Shown piece after piece: positions 1-12,638 of a stretch of 64,000 nucleotides of DNA (position 1 is its first letter; each line of letters starts with the position of its first letter). The notes beneath the pieces are model-generated. The model had not been told where the DNA came from and searched no databases. It saw nothing but the letters and a program-made list of their open reading frames with translations. The stretch covers positions 38,886-102,885 of the forward strand of contig JAUCBJ010006444.1 in NCBI GenBank assembly GCA_032718475.1, in the 5' to 3' direction. A program made the position numbers and the translations under genes. Source of the DNA: Nemertoderma westbladi (taxonomy: Eukaryota; Animalia; Xenacoelomorpha).

Positions 1-300
1 TTAATAATTTAAAATTGATACTTGGAAAAATAATAGTTCGTGTTTCGGTATTAAGTTTCAAATAGTTTGTTTTAAATAAAGCAATTCACTATCTAAATTA
101 TTGCATAGGCCTACAATTGTTACTGCGCCGCTGGGAAATAGCATTATAGTTAAATCATTACCTTTGTAGATAAACATGTTTGGCTTTAAGCAACTTTGAC
201 CTGTAATTTGCTGTGAAATTTTCTCTAGTTCAAATTTGTCAATGTTTTTTCTGGTAAACTGTTTATTGGTTAATTCTATTTTGTTGTTCAATTTCTTATT
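1..300 (-). pseudogene. TBP (TATA-binding protein)-fold ORF inside the Polinton; in-frame stop at 58-60, runs off left edge
   Basis: KIELTNKQFTRKNIDKFELEKIS...MFIYKGNDLTIMLFPSGAVTIVG resembles one TBP repeat (N-x-x-T...DL..I; LIFxSGKxxITG). A splice-acceptor-like TTTTATTTTTCTAG precedes it on the - strand. Confidence 0.55.
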
Positions 301-329
301 CTAGAAAAATAAAATTAAATCCTGATAGG

Positions 330-3300
330 GGGGATTACTACTCGTTTCGCCGGTCTAACAAGCTTAGTGCTATAGTGCCCGTATGGTTTGCTGCTATGTT
401 TACTACTCCAGTATGATTTCGTGTCCCAGAGCGTTAGTGCCTTCTTATAGACATGACCAGACCAGTATTAATTTGATGCTTTCTAGAAGTGAAGGTAGAG
501 TTATAGCGGAAGAGCATTGCCTCGTTTTCAAAACAGTCTGCATAATCCTCGTGTGTTAGTTGCTTAGAGACAACTGATCTAGATACACCTTTGGCGGTTT
601 TCTTGATTGGGGCATCGTAGGATTGAAAACTGTAGACCTTTGGTTTAAGGAAAACCCACTGTTTATACTGCAAACTGCAGCTCTCATCTTTTACGAAGCC
701 GAGAGCCGCTTTGTGTTTAATTGTATAGAGTCGGTGTTTTGTACTGTAGTTGGAAGTATCTAAGAAACCACCCTCAAACATTGCCCGTAGAAAGGTTAGC
801 TGTGGTGTATTAGTGACGCTTAGCATTAGAGAATCGGTGTCACCAGCTAGACAGTGAATCTGGCAATCCAGTTTTTGTTCTATAGGCTTCAGTTTGTTGT
901 AAAATAGGTCGTACATCTGTAGCTTAGATAGATCTAGTATAGTGCAACCGATGAACACGCCCTGCCCTGATTTAGGCAAATGGCCTCTTTAGTGAATGTA
1001 TGCACGCTCAAGTTAGGGGTGAAGACAATAAAAGATTCGTGGTTGGGCTTAGCTAAGAGCTAATCGCATTGATCATCACTATTGCATAACCTGAAAGAAA
1101 CGCGATGTCTAACCTTTTGGAGGCATTTCCCATACAAGGCATTGTTTATTAACTTATAAAATATAACCTCGAATGGGTTATTTGCTGCCAGTGAATGTAT
1201 GCCCGCTCATGTTAGGGGTAAAGGGTAAAGACAATAAAAGATTCTTGGTTGGGCTTAGCTAAGAGCAAATCGCATTGATCATCACTATTGCATGCATAAC
1301 CTGAAAGAAACGCAATCTCTAACCTTTTGGAGGCATTTCCCATACAAGGCATTGTTCATTAACTTATAAAATAGAACCTCGAATGGGTTATTTGCTGCCT
1401 GTCTTTTATTTGTGTTAAAACTAGTGTAATCCTTGAAAATATATTTCTGTGAGAAATAGAATAGTGTAAGTTTAAGACCGAGCTTCAAATAGAGTTGAAG
1501 TAGCTTAATATGGATACCGTATTCAACCTTGTTAAACTGATGTAGTAGTAGCTTAGTACAGGTGTTGTTGTATGGTTTACAGGTAGCCGTATCGGTGAGA
1601 TTGTAATGCTCCCAACGATCTTCCATGTATTTGCTAAGAAAGGATTTAGGGACTGACATCTTCGCCGCTCCTAGAGGCAGATCGGCAGTCAAATCGTGAA
1701 TTTATTCCGGGTAATATAGATCAACTATGCAATAATAACCAGTGTCCCCACTCGCGTCTACTGTAGCTAGGTCTATGGGGGTAGTTACGAGTTTAATATT
1801 AGCGTAGGGAAGTTTCTAGCTCAGCGTGCAGCCGTAAAGGTTGTTCGCATTGATGGGAATTAGATATTTCTCGGGGAGACTGGAATCGTAGTCGGGTCTA
1901 TCGGGAATATTTGCGTCTACGCAATGTGTATTCAAGAATACTAGACCACCCCTAATATTTCTTTCAAAATCCGAGTAGATGGAAGCGTCTGATAATAAAT
2001 GAATTTCTGATTCCATGAATTTCAGCGCCGCGTTGTAAGTTAAACTCGGAGCTGTGAAGTACATTACGGGCTCGAGTCCATAATTAGTTAGACAGAGGGA
2101 TCGGAACTACTCGAAAGTATCAGCCAATAGGGTAACGTCTAGAACCAAATAGCCAATCATATAGTCGAAGATTGATGCACAGTTAAATTCATCCCAAGTA
2201 GTAAGCAGGCGCTGATAGTTGTCTGCGCTGCATTGCTCCAATTTGAGATCATTATAGAAGCTTTCTATTGAGGGGAGTGTGGGAGTGTAGTTTTGTGTAG
2301 GTTTGAAATATTTTGAATATAAGAATATGGGAATATGCCTTTGTTTTTTATTGTGTTATCGCTAATGTTGGATAGAGTTAGGTCATTTGAGCTAGTGTAT
2401 GGGGTATGGCTTTTGCTAGGTTACAATTATTTTTAGTGAGATAACTACTGAGATTATCTAGGCTGGCAGTCATAAATTGATAGGAATCTAGAAAATTAAT
2501 GGAGATACTTTCTTTAGCATTGGCTGTTGGTGTACTTGGATCGATTGGAAAGCTAACATTAAGGTGAATATAGGTTTTGGAGTTTTTTGGTATTGCAGTC
2601 ATTTTCCAATATGTTCTAGAACTATCGGTCATTCCTTCTTTTTAACTGTAAATGCATATCGAATTTTCTCCAGTTATAAAAAATAATATAAAAATTATTT
2701 CGTTTTAGTGATAGTTTCCTGTTACAGCTAATGCAAGAAGCCCCTCCATACTCCCTGCTATAATGGTCATGATCGCGGACTTTGGTACTGAGATTTTCAT
2801 TGAGGTTTAAATTATGAGAATTGGGTGCTAAATTACAGTTGCAGACGTAGCATTGTGTAGCGTGTAGTTTGTTGGCTAGTAGTGAATTGCATAGGGGCGT
2901 ATGTGTTTGTACTAGAAATGGACCAATCGTATAACTCCCTACAATGACTTTCCATAGCGGTTAGAAAGTCGCGCATTACATGGTTACTGCCATCGTCACG
3001 GCAAATTTGAACATCTGTTTTAGGAGGGTTAATTAATTTCTGATTTGCTACTGTATAAAAGGCTGCCGCGCTAGCTATATGTTTCTGTGGGAGTTTAATA
3101 TTGTTTGTAGGTTCTAGAATAGTTTCAATGTCGGCGTATATACAGAAAGGTGGGGATAGAGTCTTATCGGAACGATCAAATTTTACCAGGAGATTTTCGG
3201 GCATATACTCGAGCTGCCGTTTACCTGTATAGCAGCGTTCTCGATGTTCTTCTAATGAGTTGTCAGTATAAAAGGCTCTGAGTCAGCGTTCACAGTGCGT

Positions 3301-4593
3301 CTTATTGCCTGTAGAAGTAGCTTTTGTATTTATTAATCTATCTATGTTAGTAATAGCTACGTAGTGGGTGGGGTTTTTGGCTGTGGGTTCGATAAATAAT
3401 AAATTTAGTACAGTTTTACCGGAACAGTGCGTGCTATCTGGTTGACTTAGAATGGACAGTTCTTCTGTATTACTCCAATATAAAAGTATACATAAAAGTA
3501 TATATACAGTATAAAGGGTTTGCTTTCAGAAACTGGGGAATACCAGTTACTCTGTCCACTGGAAAACTTAAATTGGAAAAATCAAACATATTTAAGAAAG
3601 GATTATACGTTGATATTCTACTAATATTATTTTTTTTTCTATCAATTTTCTTATAATTCGCGGCGACCAATACTGCGTATTTAAAGCATTCCCCCAGCGG
3701 ACAGTCTACGCTTACGGTACATTGTTTATTTAATAATATTTTAGAATTATTAAAGCCTTGACCCTTTAAATAGTGGTTGCGTTGGGAGCACGCAATCTCA
3801 ATAGTTATTCGCTCGATAGCTATTATGCGCCAACCCGAGCAGAGGCAGAGAAACACACTTAATAGCTGATCGATACGGTTGACGGCGCCAGAAACCAGTT
3901 ATTAAAGTCGTTATTATTTAGAATTTGATTATTGTTAGCGCTAGATTTAAAACAGAAGGATTCGATTTGAAAACCCTCACTGGTTTCACGTTCCATTACG
4001 AGGTTAATTGTAAGCCAGACTGTTAAAAAAGATCCCAAAGCAGTATGTAAATGGTTACTAACATGTTCTTGGATATGTTGAACATTTTCATTTAAAGTTA
4101 GTTCAACGTCGAGTCTTGTTTCGGAGAGTTCATTGCTATATGTAAACAGTTGTCCGTGTGCGCTTCCATTGGTGGGGGGTTGAAAGGGATTGTTTGGGGA
4201 AATAGGGTTATAATCTTGCGATGTTGATGTTACGTTATTGGAGCCACCACCGACTTGTTCCGGAGTAGAGTTGATGGGGGATGACTGGGAGTTAGCTGGA
4301 GTTTTGCGTTTCCACAAAAAAAGACGAGTGTAGCATTCATGCTCAGTGAAGGAAGATAGGGTGAGCGACTCCCCGCAGCGGCAATCGGCTGGCTCATTTA
4401 CGTATGTAAATCCTGTTCCTCCCTGAGGACATTAAACCAGATGGCCAACCATTGTCTTCTTTTCGGAGGACCAAGTCCGGCAACAGTCACATCTGTACTG
4501 CGCAAAATGTATTTTGATATGGGATTTTAGATTATCACTCCGCATCTCTTTGTCGCAGATGGGGCAGCTGACCTTATTCGTTGATCTTGGCAT
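330..4593 (-). pseudogene. Protein-primed family B DNA polymerase (pPolB) with N-terminal zinc fingers, many stops and frameshifts
   Basis: Motifs in the expected order across broken ORFs: ATG 4593 CPICDKEMRSDNLKSHIKIH, QVGGG, SGWRIIAIE, CFKYAV, IYADIET (Exo I), RDHDH..CN, FLDSYQFM, KGIFPY, YFTAPSL, IRGG, NANNLYG, KLMNNALYGK, GDTDSL, KTAKGV. Confidence 0.93.
991..1399. repeat. ~200-bp tandem duplication inside pPolB
   Basis: AGTGAATGTATGC(A/C)CGCTCA...GGGTTATTTGCTGCC occurs at ~991-1189 and ~1190-1399, duplicating the NNALYGK motif region. Confidence 0.9.
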
Positions 4594-5529
4594 CTTGAAA
4601 CTAGAAATAAAAATTGTTTATTTGTAGCAGTCAACAGTGTCTAGTGTAGTACTGCTAGTATGACAGCAGTTAGGCAGTGGTGATAAGCATGACACAATAG
4701 TGATGGCAGTTATTATTTGCGGAAAGAGGCCTTATAAACAGCAGTCAACAGACAGTGTCTAGTGCAGTAGTGGTAGTGATATAGTCTGCCAGAAGTCAGA
4801 CGTAGCGTTAACCATTACAAATCAGCGGTAGGCCTAGCTAATCGCTCTGCGAGATCTCAGTTAGTCAGTAGGATATATAGTGAAAACTGCTCAGTAGGGT
4901 CTATATCGCTACTATGTCGTTAGGCTAAACTCGATTGATCAGGTAGTCAGGTAGACAAGCAGGCAGGTAGATGTAGGCCTATTGATCGAATGCTTCGATC
5001 GCAGTTTAGGCTATCGGTACCACAGTATTTAATGACAGTATTTAATAATGAGCCTACTGCCCATCGGTTTAGTAAAACTATAGATTTGGACTATTAGGGC
5101 TATTTTACCGGGGTATACTGCAATACTGTTGTACCGGTAGATATTAAATGTAAATTGTTTGCTAGCGGTATCGGTCAGTCAGAAGTACAGTTAGATGGTG
5201 ATAGGCAGATTTTACTTATGGTAACAGTTAATATTCATGGAAAGATGAAGTTGGGATGTTCGTTGGCGACGAGGAAGTTGGTTGACGAGGATGGCGACGG
5301 AGTTTATTTAGTGTTATAATGGAATGATATTGGAAATTAACGGAAATTAAGTTGGAAATATTACGCGGCGGATTTGCAGAAGTTAGTTGTCGACGATGAA
5401 CGATAACGCGGCGAAATCACAATAATACAACTCGACAAGTGGATTGTTGATTGATGATAATAAATAAAACTCTTAATAAATAATAATAAACTCGAAAACA
5501 AAATAGTAATAAACGATGATAGTCGTAAC

Positions 5530-5778
5530 TGTGAATAATCTACTGTATGGATCAAATACGAGATACTGTACTACTAGGAACCGACCCTATTGACTGAAGT
5601 TATACGCGAGATACTGTACTGATGTTGTACCGGTACTGGTTGAGGGTGTTGAGTATGTAGTATGCTATAGTAGAAGGATCCGTACCTCAGCATAGCACTG
5701 TCTGACTGCCTATATAACTATACTGCAATATACTGATATACGTATTATATGATATACGATCATCTTATTATATTAACA
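5530..5778 (+). repeat. Copia 5' LTR
   Basis: TGTGAATAATC...TATTAACA; matches 10417-10665 with 2 substitutions seen by eye. Confidence 0.96.
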
Positions 5779-5879
5779 TGGTACAGGCTAATCTGGGACA
5801 TAATTAAAAATTATCTGCTATAATACATTGCTAGTGTTGAGAGTTAAAGGTTCACTTCCGTTTGGCGATCCGGTATACA

Positions 5880-8800
5880 ATGACGACACGGTACCGACCA
5901 GCCCCAACACTGCACGATGATACTGACTACAGAATATGGAAGAATAAAGTAAAACTGTGGCAGTTCACATCGGAAGATTCCGCAGCTAAGCAGGGTGCAG
6001 AACTTGCAAACGCAATAAAGGGTAAAGCGGAAGTTCCAGTCAGTGATATGCCATTTGAGGAAGTTGCCTGTGTCAACGGAGTTGAAAACATCATAAAGAA
6101 ACTCGATGAATACTTTGAGGCAGACAATTCCCTGCAGGCCTTCACAGCCTACCGCACATTTGTACGTTACTATCGGCCATCAGATTGTTCTATGCGAGAT
6201 TTCCTTATGAAATACGAGAAAAATTACAATGACTGCAAAAGACATGGAATGCCATTACCTGAAGAAGTACAAGCTTTCCAACTACTCGAATCTGCTAATC
6301 TTCCACACAGTGATCACCAACTTGCCTTGGCCACTTGTACTGTAATAAAATTCAAAGATATGAAGTCCCAGATCTTAAAGATCCACAAAGACCTCACTGA
6401 GGCCTTGCCTGCGACTAATGAACAACCAATAATTCCCCGCGACTCTGCTAAAATCAAAATAGAATTTAAAACCGAGGAAGCACTTGCTGCGGCCGAGTAT
6501 TACTCTTCCAGTTATTCTTCCGACTCTGAAACAGAAGAAGCATATTACGGCGGAAGGCAATATAACCGTTTCCATCGACCAAACCAATCCAACTATTCAC
6601 GGAAACACAGCAAATCTGGCAAACATTCATATAAACCGCATTATAAACAACGCCCCATGGATTCTGGTTATTATTACAACAAACCACACATCCACGAATC
6701 TACATCGGCTTCGAGGCACCAACGCAACCCCCCCGGCCGTGATGGTCGGCCTATGAAGTGCCATATCTGTGAATCAATTTATCACCTCTCCAATAATTGT
6801 GACCTAAATAAACCAGCTACAAAAATTACATTATTCACAGATGACGACACAATTTCTCAGTCTAGTCTGTCTTCCTTGCGGAAACTCTCGGAATGGCTGT
6901 AGTCGATAGTGGCTGTACTTCTACAGTCTGTGGTGAAAAATGGTTACAGGTTCACATTGATACACTTTCCTGTGCAGACAGGCGTCCTATCAAAATTAAT
7001 GATAGCACTGCTTCATTTAAGTTAGGAGACGGAGAACGATGGCACTCACTTAGACTAGTCACTATTCCTATCCACATTGGACCCCGGAAAGTTTTCCTGG
7101 AAACTGATGTTGTTCAATGTAATGTGCCTCTTTTGTTTTCTAAAAGGTCTCTCAAGAATGGTTGTGGCAAATAAACTTTGAGCATGATGAAATCCACATT
7201 CTTGGTATGATACTTCCCCTGCAAGTGTCAACAACGGGACACTACTGTCTTCAACTGTCACGTTCTGGAAACAATGAAGCTGATACTACCAACCGAGTAC
7301 TATTCTCAAATCTGCTTAATGGTAGGGATGAAGTTGACCTAAAGCGCACTATAATTAAACTACATAAACAATTTGCACATCCTTCCCCTGAAAAGTTGGA
7401 AAAGCTCATTAAAGATGCTGCTGACAATCTACAGACAGCAAGTATTATCCAGAAAGTAAGCCAACAATGCAATATTTGTAAAATTTTCAAGAAACCTCCA
7501 CACCACCCTACAGTTTGTTTCCCTCTTGCAAATTCATTTAACGAAGTAGTCGCCATGGATCTCAAAGACATCCAACCAGGCACCAAAGTATTACATGTGA
7601 TTGATCATGCAACCCGCTACTCACAAGCTGTAGTCATACAAAACAAGAAAAAGGAGACCATAATTAAACATATATTTGACCTCTGGATTCGTGTCTTTGG
7701 ACATCCTGGAAAATTCTTATCTGACAATGGTGGTGAATTTTCTAACAGAGACATGCAGGATCTTTGCGAAAAGTTTAATATCAAACTCTGTACTACCGCT
7801 GCCGAATCACAGTGGTCAAATGGACTCATAGAACGTCACAAGGCTACTCTAGGCTGCACTGTAAATAAAATGTTAGCCGAACAACCGATGGATATCCACA
7901 TCGCTGTACACTGGGCCTGCAGTGCTAAGAATGCCCTTAGTACTGTATATGGATTCTCACCTAATATCCTGGTATTTGGGCGGAACCCAAACTATCCTAA
8001 CAACTTCGACAATAGACTTCCAGCCAATCAAACGGAATTCCACAGCAAATTGGTACAAGAAAATCTCACTGCACTGCATAGCGCACGCGAGGCATTCATT
8101 CAACAAGAGGCTAGCGAGAGATTGAGGCGGGCAATTTGTAGACAAACAATAACATATGCTGATCAACAATTTAGCATAGGGGACGAAATCTACTATAAGA
8201 GAGATTACAGCGCTCAATGGCAGGGTCCAGCCAGAATCCTTGGCTGCGATAATAAACAAATACTTATCAAACACGGCGGTTCATACCTTCGCCTGCATCC
8301 ATGCCGCCTTATGCATGTCAGTGATGATCCATATCAACAGTTACCAGATAACAATGCACCAATGGAAAGACTTATTTCAACTCAACAAGAGACTGCCAAT
8401 GAACTATCAGAAGAAGTCGAAACTGTACCAGACAATCCAGATTTCCAGCAAATACACATGCCAAATGAACAAGATGTAGTAGAACAGATAAACACGGATT
8501 TAAATATGCCAAATGAACAAGTATTGGTAGAACCTGACAACATTGCCCAAGATCCTCAACAGGCAAACAAGAAAACACATAAAGTTCCAAATCGAGATGA
8601 GCGAATTGAATTTAAACTTTACAATGACAATCAATTACATAAAGCAAAAGTCATTAGCCGCGCAGGAAAAATGACAGGCAAACACTGGCATTGGATTAAT
8701 ATTAGGGAAGATGGTGAGGATAATGACAAAAGTATAAGTATAAAAGACCATATAGAGAACTGGCAACCTGAAACTAATATCATGGATGAAACCAACCAGA

Positions 8801-10325
8801 ACATAGAAGCCATGTTCACTGAAGATGTGTTTAAGGATCCAAAATATGATGAAGCCAAACAGGATGAGCTGGAAAAATGGCGTCAAATGGAAACCTTTGA
8901 TGAGGTCACTGACAGGGGACAACATGCCATCTCAACACGCTGGGTCTGTCGAGAACAACTGAAAGCCGGAATATTAATTGCTAAAGCGCGTCTATGCGCC
9001 AGGGGTTTTGAGGATGATCCAAATATACAAACGGATTCACCAACTTGCAGCAAGGAGAATATTCGCATAGTGCTATCCATAGCAGCCTCAAACAAATGGA
9101 TAATACATAGTATTGATATCCGAAGCGCTTATCTTCAGGGTCAGGCACCAAACCGAGAAATATTTCTCAAACCACCAAGGGAGGCTAATACAAATAAACT
9201 ATGGCTTCTCAGACGATGTGTCTATGGATTGAATGAAGCTGGGCGACGATGGTACTTTCGTCTCAAGGAAGTTTTCTGTGAATGCAAGTGCCAAATGTCA
9301 TCATTGGATCCGGCAGTTTTTTACCTCATTGTCAATCAAGAACTACAGGGCATCGCGACAACCCATGTTGATGATATACTATACTATGGCACTAAAAGGT
9401 TCGAAGGTGTCATACAGGAACTAAAAACTGAGCTTCAAGTTAGCACTGAAGAAAGTATGAAATTCAACTATGTCGGCATCAAAATATCAGGAATCTACAA
9501 ATAAGATACAAATCGACCTAAACAACTATACCCACAAAATACAACCAATTGAACTAAAAGCCAACCGTGATAAGAATTGGGCATTGACGGATGACGAAAG
9601 GAGCAGTCTTCGTGTTCTCTGCGGCCAGCTGAACTGGGCTGCTACCCAAGGTCGACCTGACATAGCATTTGAGTCCTGCCACCTATCCAGTTGCTCCAAC
9701 TGTTGCTGATGTACGATTAGCCAACAAAACAGTGAAGAAAATCCAACAATTACCAGTGGAGATACCATACCGAAACCTTGGGAAACCACAAACCTGGAAT
9801 GTTGTCATTTATTCAGGTGCTAGCTGGGCCAATTTGCCTAGTGGTGGGTCACAAGGGGCTTTTGTCATATTCATTGTGGGACACAATGGAAGTGCAAATG
9901 TAATTCAGTGGCAGAGTAAACGTCTCCGCAGAGTAGCTAAAAGCACACTAGCCACAGAGACAATGGCAGCTTTAGAAGCAGCTGAAGCAGCTGTTCTACT
10001 AGCATCTTTCATCGCCGAAATTCACCAAATCCCACGTCCCCCTATACATCTCCTAGTGGATAATGAGAGTCTCGCAAATGCTGTTCGCTCAACAACCTCT
10101 GTGGAAGAACGACGTCTCCGTGTTGACATTGCTGCTCTACGCGAGATGCTTGAGAGGAAGGAGCTCGCATAATTAACATGGGTGCCGGCCAGGCTCCAAA
10201 TGGCAGATTGTCTCACCAAACAAGGCACCAGCCCTTATAGACTCATGGACGCAATTCAGGGCCAAGACTTTGAGATGACAACTCTTACCTTCATAAACAC
10301 AAAGACAGAGGATGGGAAGTGTTGA
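5880..10325 (+). pseudogene. Copia gag-pol polyprotein (frameshifts ~6890, ~7165, ~9500, ~9690; stop 10170-10172)
   Basis: Zinc knuckle CHICESIYHLSNNC; protease AVVDSGC; integrase LHKQFAH..CNIC, AMDLKD, SDNGGEF, NGLIER, WQGPA; RT KARLCARGFE, DIRSAYLQG, VYGL, HVDD; RNase H YS(G)ASW, VDNESL, QMADCLTK. Confidence 0.93.
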
Positions 10326-10416
10326 ATATCATATACTGTATTACACATGCTGAATATCCCACTTTATACTGTTATACATATCCCTATTTGTCAAAGAAAT
10401 AACAGAAAAGGGGGAG

Positions 10417-10665
10417 TGTGAATAATCTACTGTATGGATCAAATATGAGATACTGTACGACTAGGAACCGACCCTATTGACTGAAGTTATACGCGAGATA
10501 CTGTACTGATGTTGTACCGGTACTGGTTGAGGGTGTTGAGTATGTAGTATGCTATAGTAGAAGGATCCGTACCTCAGCATAGCACTGTCTGACTGCCTAT
10601 ATAACTATACTGCAATATACTGATATACGTATTATATGATATACGATCATCTTATTATATTAACA
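10417..10665 (+). repeat. Copia 3' LTR
   Basis: Direct repeat of 5530-5778, preceded by the PPT and followed by TSD GTAAC. Confidence 0.96.
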
Positions 10666-11525
10666 GTAACTTGCAAATGAAATAATGATGTAATATCTTG
10701 GTGGGGGCTTATTAAATAGCAACTCAAGAGGCAGAAAGGAACTCTTAAATGAGACAATCAGGGCGCAGCAGCAGATATGGCTCCACGTTAATTATGCATT
10801 TGTGCATAAGCGGTAACCAGGGCGACTTCTCGCGAAGTTAACTTTATATTTAACTTTATATAAGTTAACTGTGTATATAATACGAGATGCCTGGATACAG
10901 CAAAGGGACCAAGCAATGCCGGCTATAGTATCGTCGGAGGAGGGCCGTTGGAACATTAATGAAATACCCTTGGGCTATATACAGATTTGATGTAGTCAAG
11001 GCTGCGCTGGGTTATTAGTGAGTCATCAAAGGGGTCGCTAACTGATGGGACCACTGATTTATTTGCCTTGGGGTATACGTGTAGTGTGGATTCGTTGCAA
11101 TAGAGATCGCGTTGGATTGCTAGTGAGGCATTGAAGGGTCCACTGCGTATTGGTAATGGTTGTCTCATTGAAATGTGGCACGTGGGAGCGATTACAAAGG
11201 AGGGGGGGTGTCGCCAATGAGTGTAGTTGATGGTTGGCTCACTGTAAATGCGGCATGTGGGATGCAATAGAGTAATTAGTTGCCAGTAAGGAAGGGAGCT
11301 GTATACCATAGAGCTAAATATAGACATTATGTCATAGTGATGTCATTTAGCAATGGTAAGTAGTATAAAAACTAATTAAAATTAAAATAGAAATCAATGT
11401 ATAAAGTAAAAGTAATACAATTGATTAATTTAAAATTAAATACAAATAAATAAAGTAAAATTAAATACAAATAATTAATTAAAATTAAATACAAATAAAT
11501 AAGTATTAATAAATAAAAGAGCCGC

Positions 11526-11837
11526 AGTGTCACTTATGACACCCTCTTGGCCCTCTCGGCGACAGTTGGACCTCACTGACATCATTGCGTATCGGATTGA
11601 TTAATTAGGATAATAAATTAAACCCTAAATTAGGAGTCGTAAGACACCTATTAGGGTTTAATTGTACTAATTAATTGATGACACCTGTCAATTATGGTCT
11701 AATTAGCCTAATTAGGAGGTTCACCCAGACAGTCTGGCGTCAATGACACCCGTAGGGTGACATTGGGTGTCAACCACACAGTCTGGCGCCAGTCAGTTAG
11801 GTCCAACTGTCGCCGAGCCGGCCAAGCCTATACTACT
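11526..11837. repeat. Polinton terminal/TIR region with internal inverted repeat and recurring TGACACC motifs
   Basis: CTCGGCGACAGTTGGACCTCACTGAC (11555-11580) is the reverse complement of 11792-11817 at 25/26 positions. TGACACC/GGTGTCA-type motifs recur at ~11526, 11537, 11679, 11744 and 11765. Ends in ACTACT. Confidence 0.75.
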
Positions 11838-12459
11838 AACCTGCATAAACTGAAAGTCTTCGAAAACAGTTTGTAATTTCCATTTCCCAGGTGGTAAATT
11901 GTAGAATTATTAATTTTCATCAGTTAACTTCCAGCAGCCGATATATAGCAGTTAATTAATGTCCACCAATCCAACTCCAATTCATTTAATCCGTGTAACA
12001 TTTCTGGTTGTCGGTTGAACAAAACGCAAAAAAAAGGAAGAGAAAGCCATCAATTTATTGATTAATACAATCTTTCACAAACTTGACATGACTCTACTAA
12101 ATTTGTCTTAATACAAAGAAATAAATTCCGGTGTTTAATGGAATTATAATGGTATCAGTTTAGCTCGTTTAATAGCGTTAGTTTGCAATCGGTATATCGG
12201 ATGGTGGGGACTTTCGACGCAATAAAACTTCATTCCTCTCCAGGGGAAATTCGACGCAAATAACAGCTGATTACTCCCAAAAATTAAACTGTTGGTTAGA
12301 ATAACGTACCACTGTAACCTGCTCATTTCCCCAAATTAAGGATTTAACATGGAGACGTGATATTAATAATTAGCCGACGACAATCACCTGCCCTGGCCCT
12401 TTGCGATTTTATCATATGTTTTTCGAATTTTTATTTTTCGACTTTTTTCCCCATTATAG

Positions 12460-12628
12460 CTTGAAGACTGCGTTACGAACTCAACCGATGAGCTTTGTGA
12501 CCAGGTTTATAGAACAGAAGGGATTAGATGGCTTGTTGGAATTCCTTTTCAACATGGACAGTAAGACGTGTGAAAGCGACATCCACCTCTCTATTATTGG
12601 CTGCATCAAGGCCCTTATGAACAACACT
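12460..12628 (+). CDS. DAAM: DAAM-family formin, internal exon (GBD region)
   Basis: Flanked by ccattatag| and |gtgagt. Translates (S)[56 protein letters not shown], matching the DAAM signature LKTALRTxPMxFVTRFI...[10 protein letters not shown]. Confidence 0.92.
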
Positions 12629-12638
12629 GTGAGTTATT

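Larger units (their letters stand above)
5530..10665 (+). mobile_element. Full-length Ty1/Copia LTR retrotransposon (GalEa-like) nested in the Polinton
   Basis: 249-bp TG...CA LTRs, 5-bp TSD GTAAC (5525-5529 and 10666-10670), PBS-like TGGTACAGG at 5779, PPT AGAAAAGGGGGAG at 10404-10416, domain order gag-PR-IN-RT-RH. Confidence 0.96.
1..11837 (-). mobile_element. Polinton/Maverick (adintovirus-like) element, terminal portion, decayed; continues beyond left edge
   Basis: Contains a fragmented protein-primed PolB. Ends in ...CCTATACTACT at 11837 (5'-AGTAGT on - strand, the canonical Polinton terminus), preceded by a subterminal region rich in inverted repeats. The other TIR is not in the window. 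Confidence 0.8.

Noticed and set aside
5927-10228. Antisense and overlapping short ORFs across the Copia (likewise across BEL pol)
   Set aside because: Shadow ORFs of the long coding frames.
10956-11327. 123-aa ORF in the Polinton subterminal region
   Set aside because: No recognisable motif; cannot be supported as a gene without a search.
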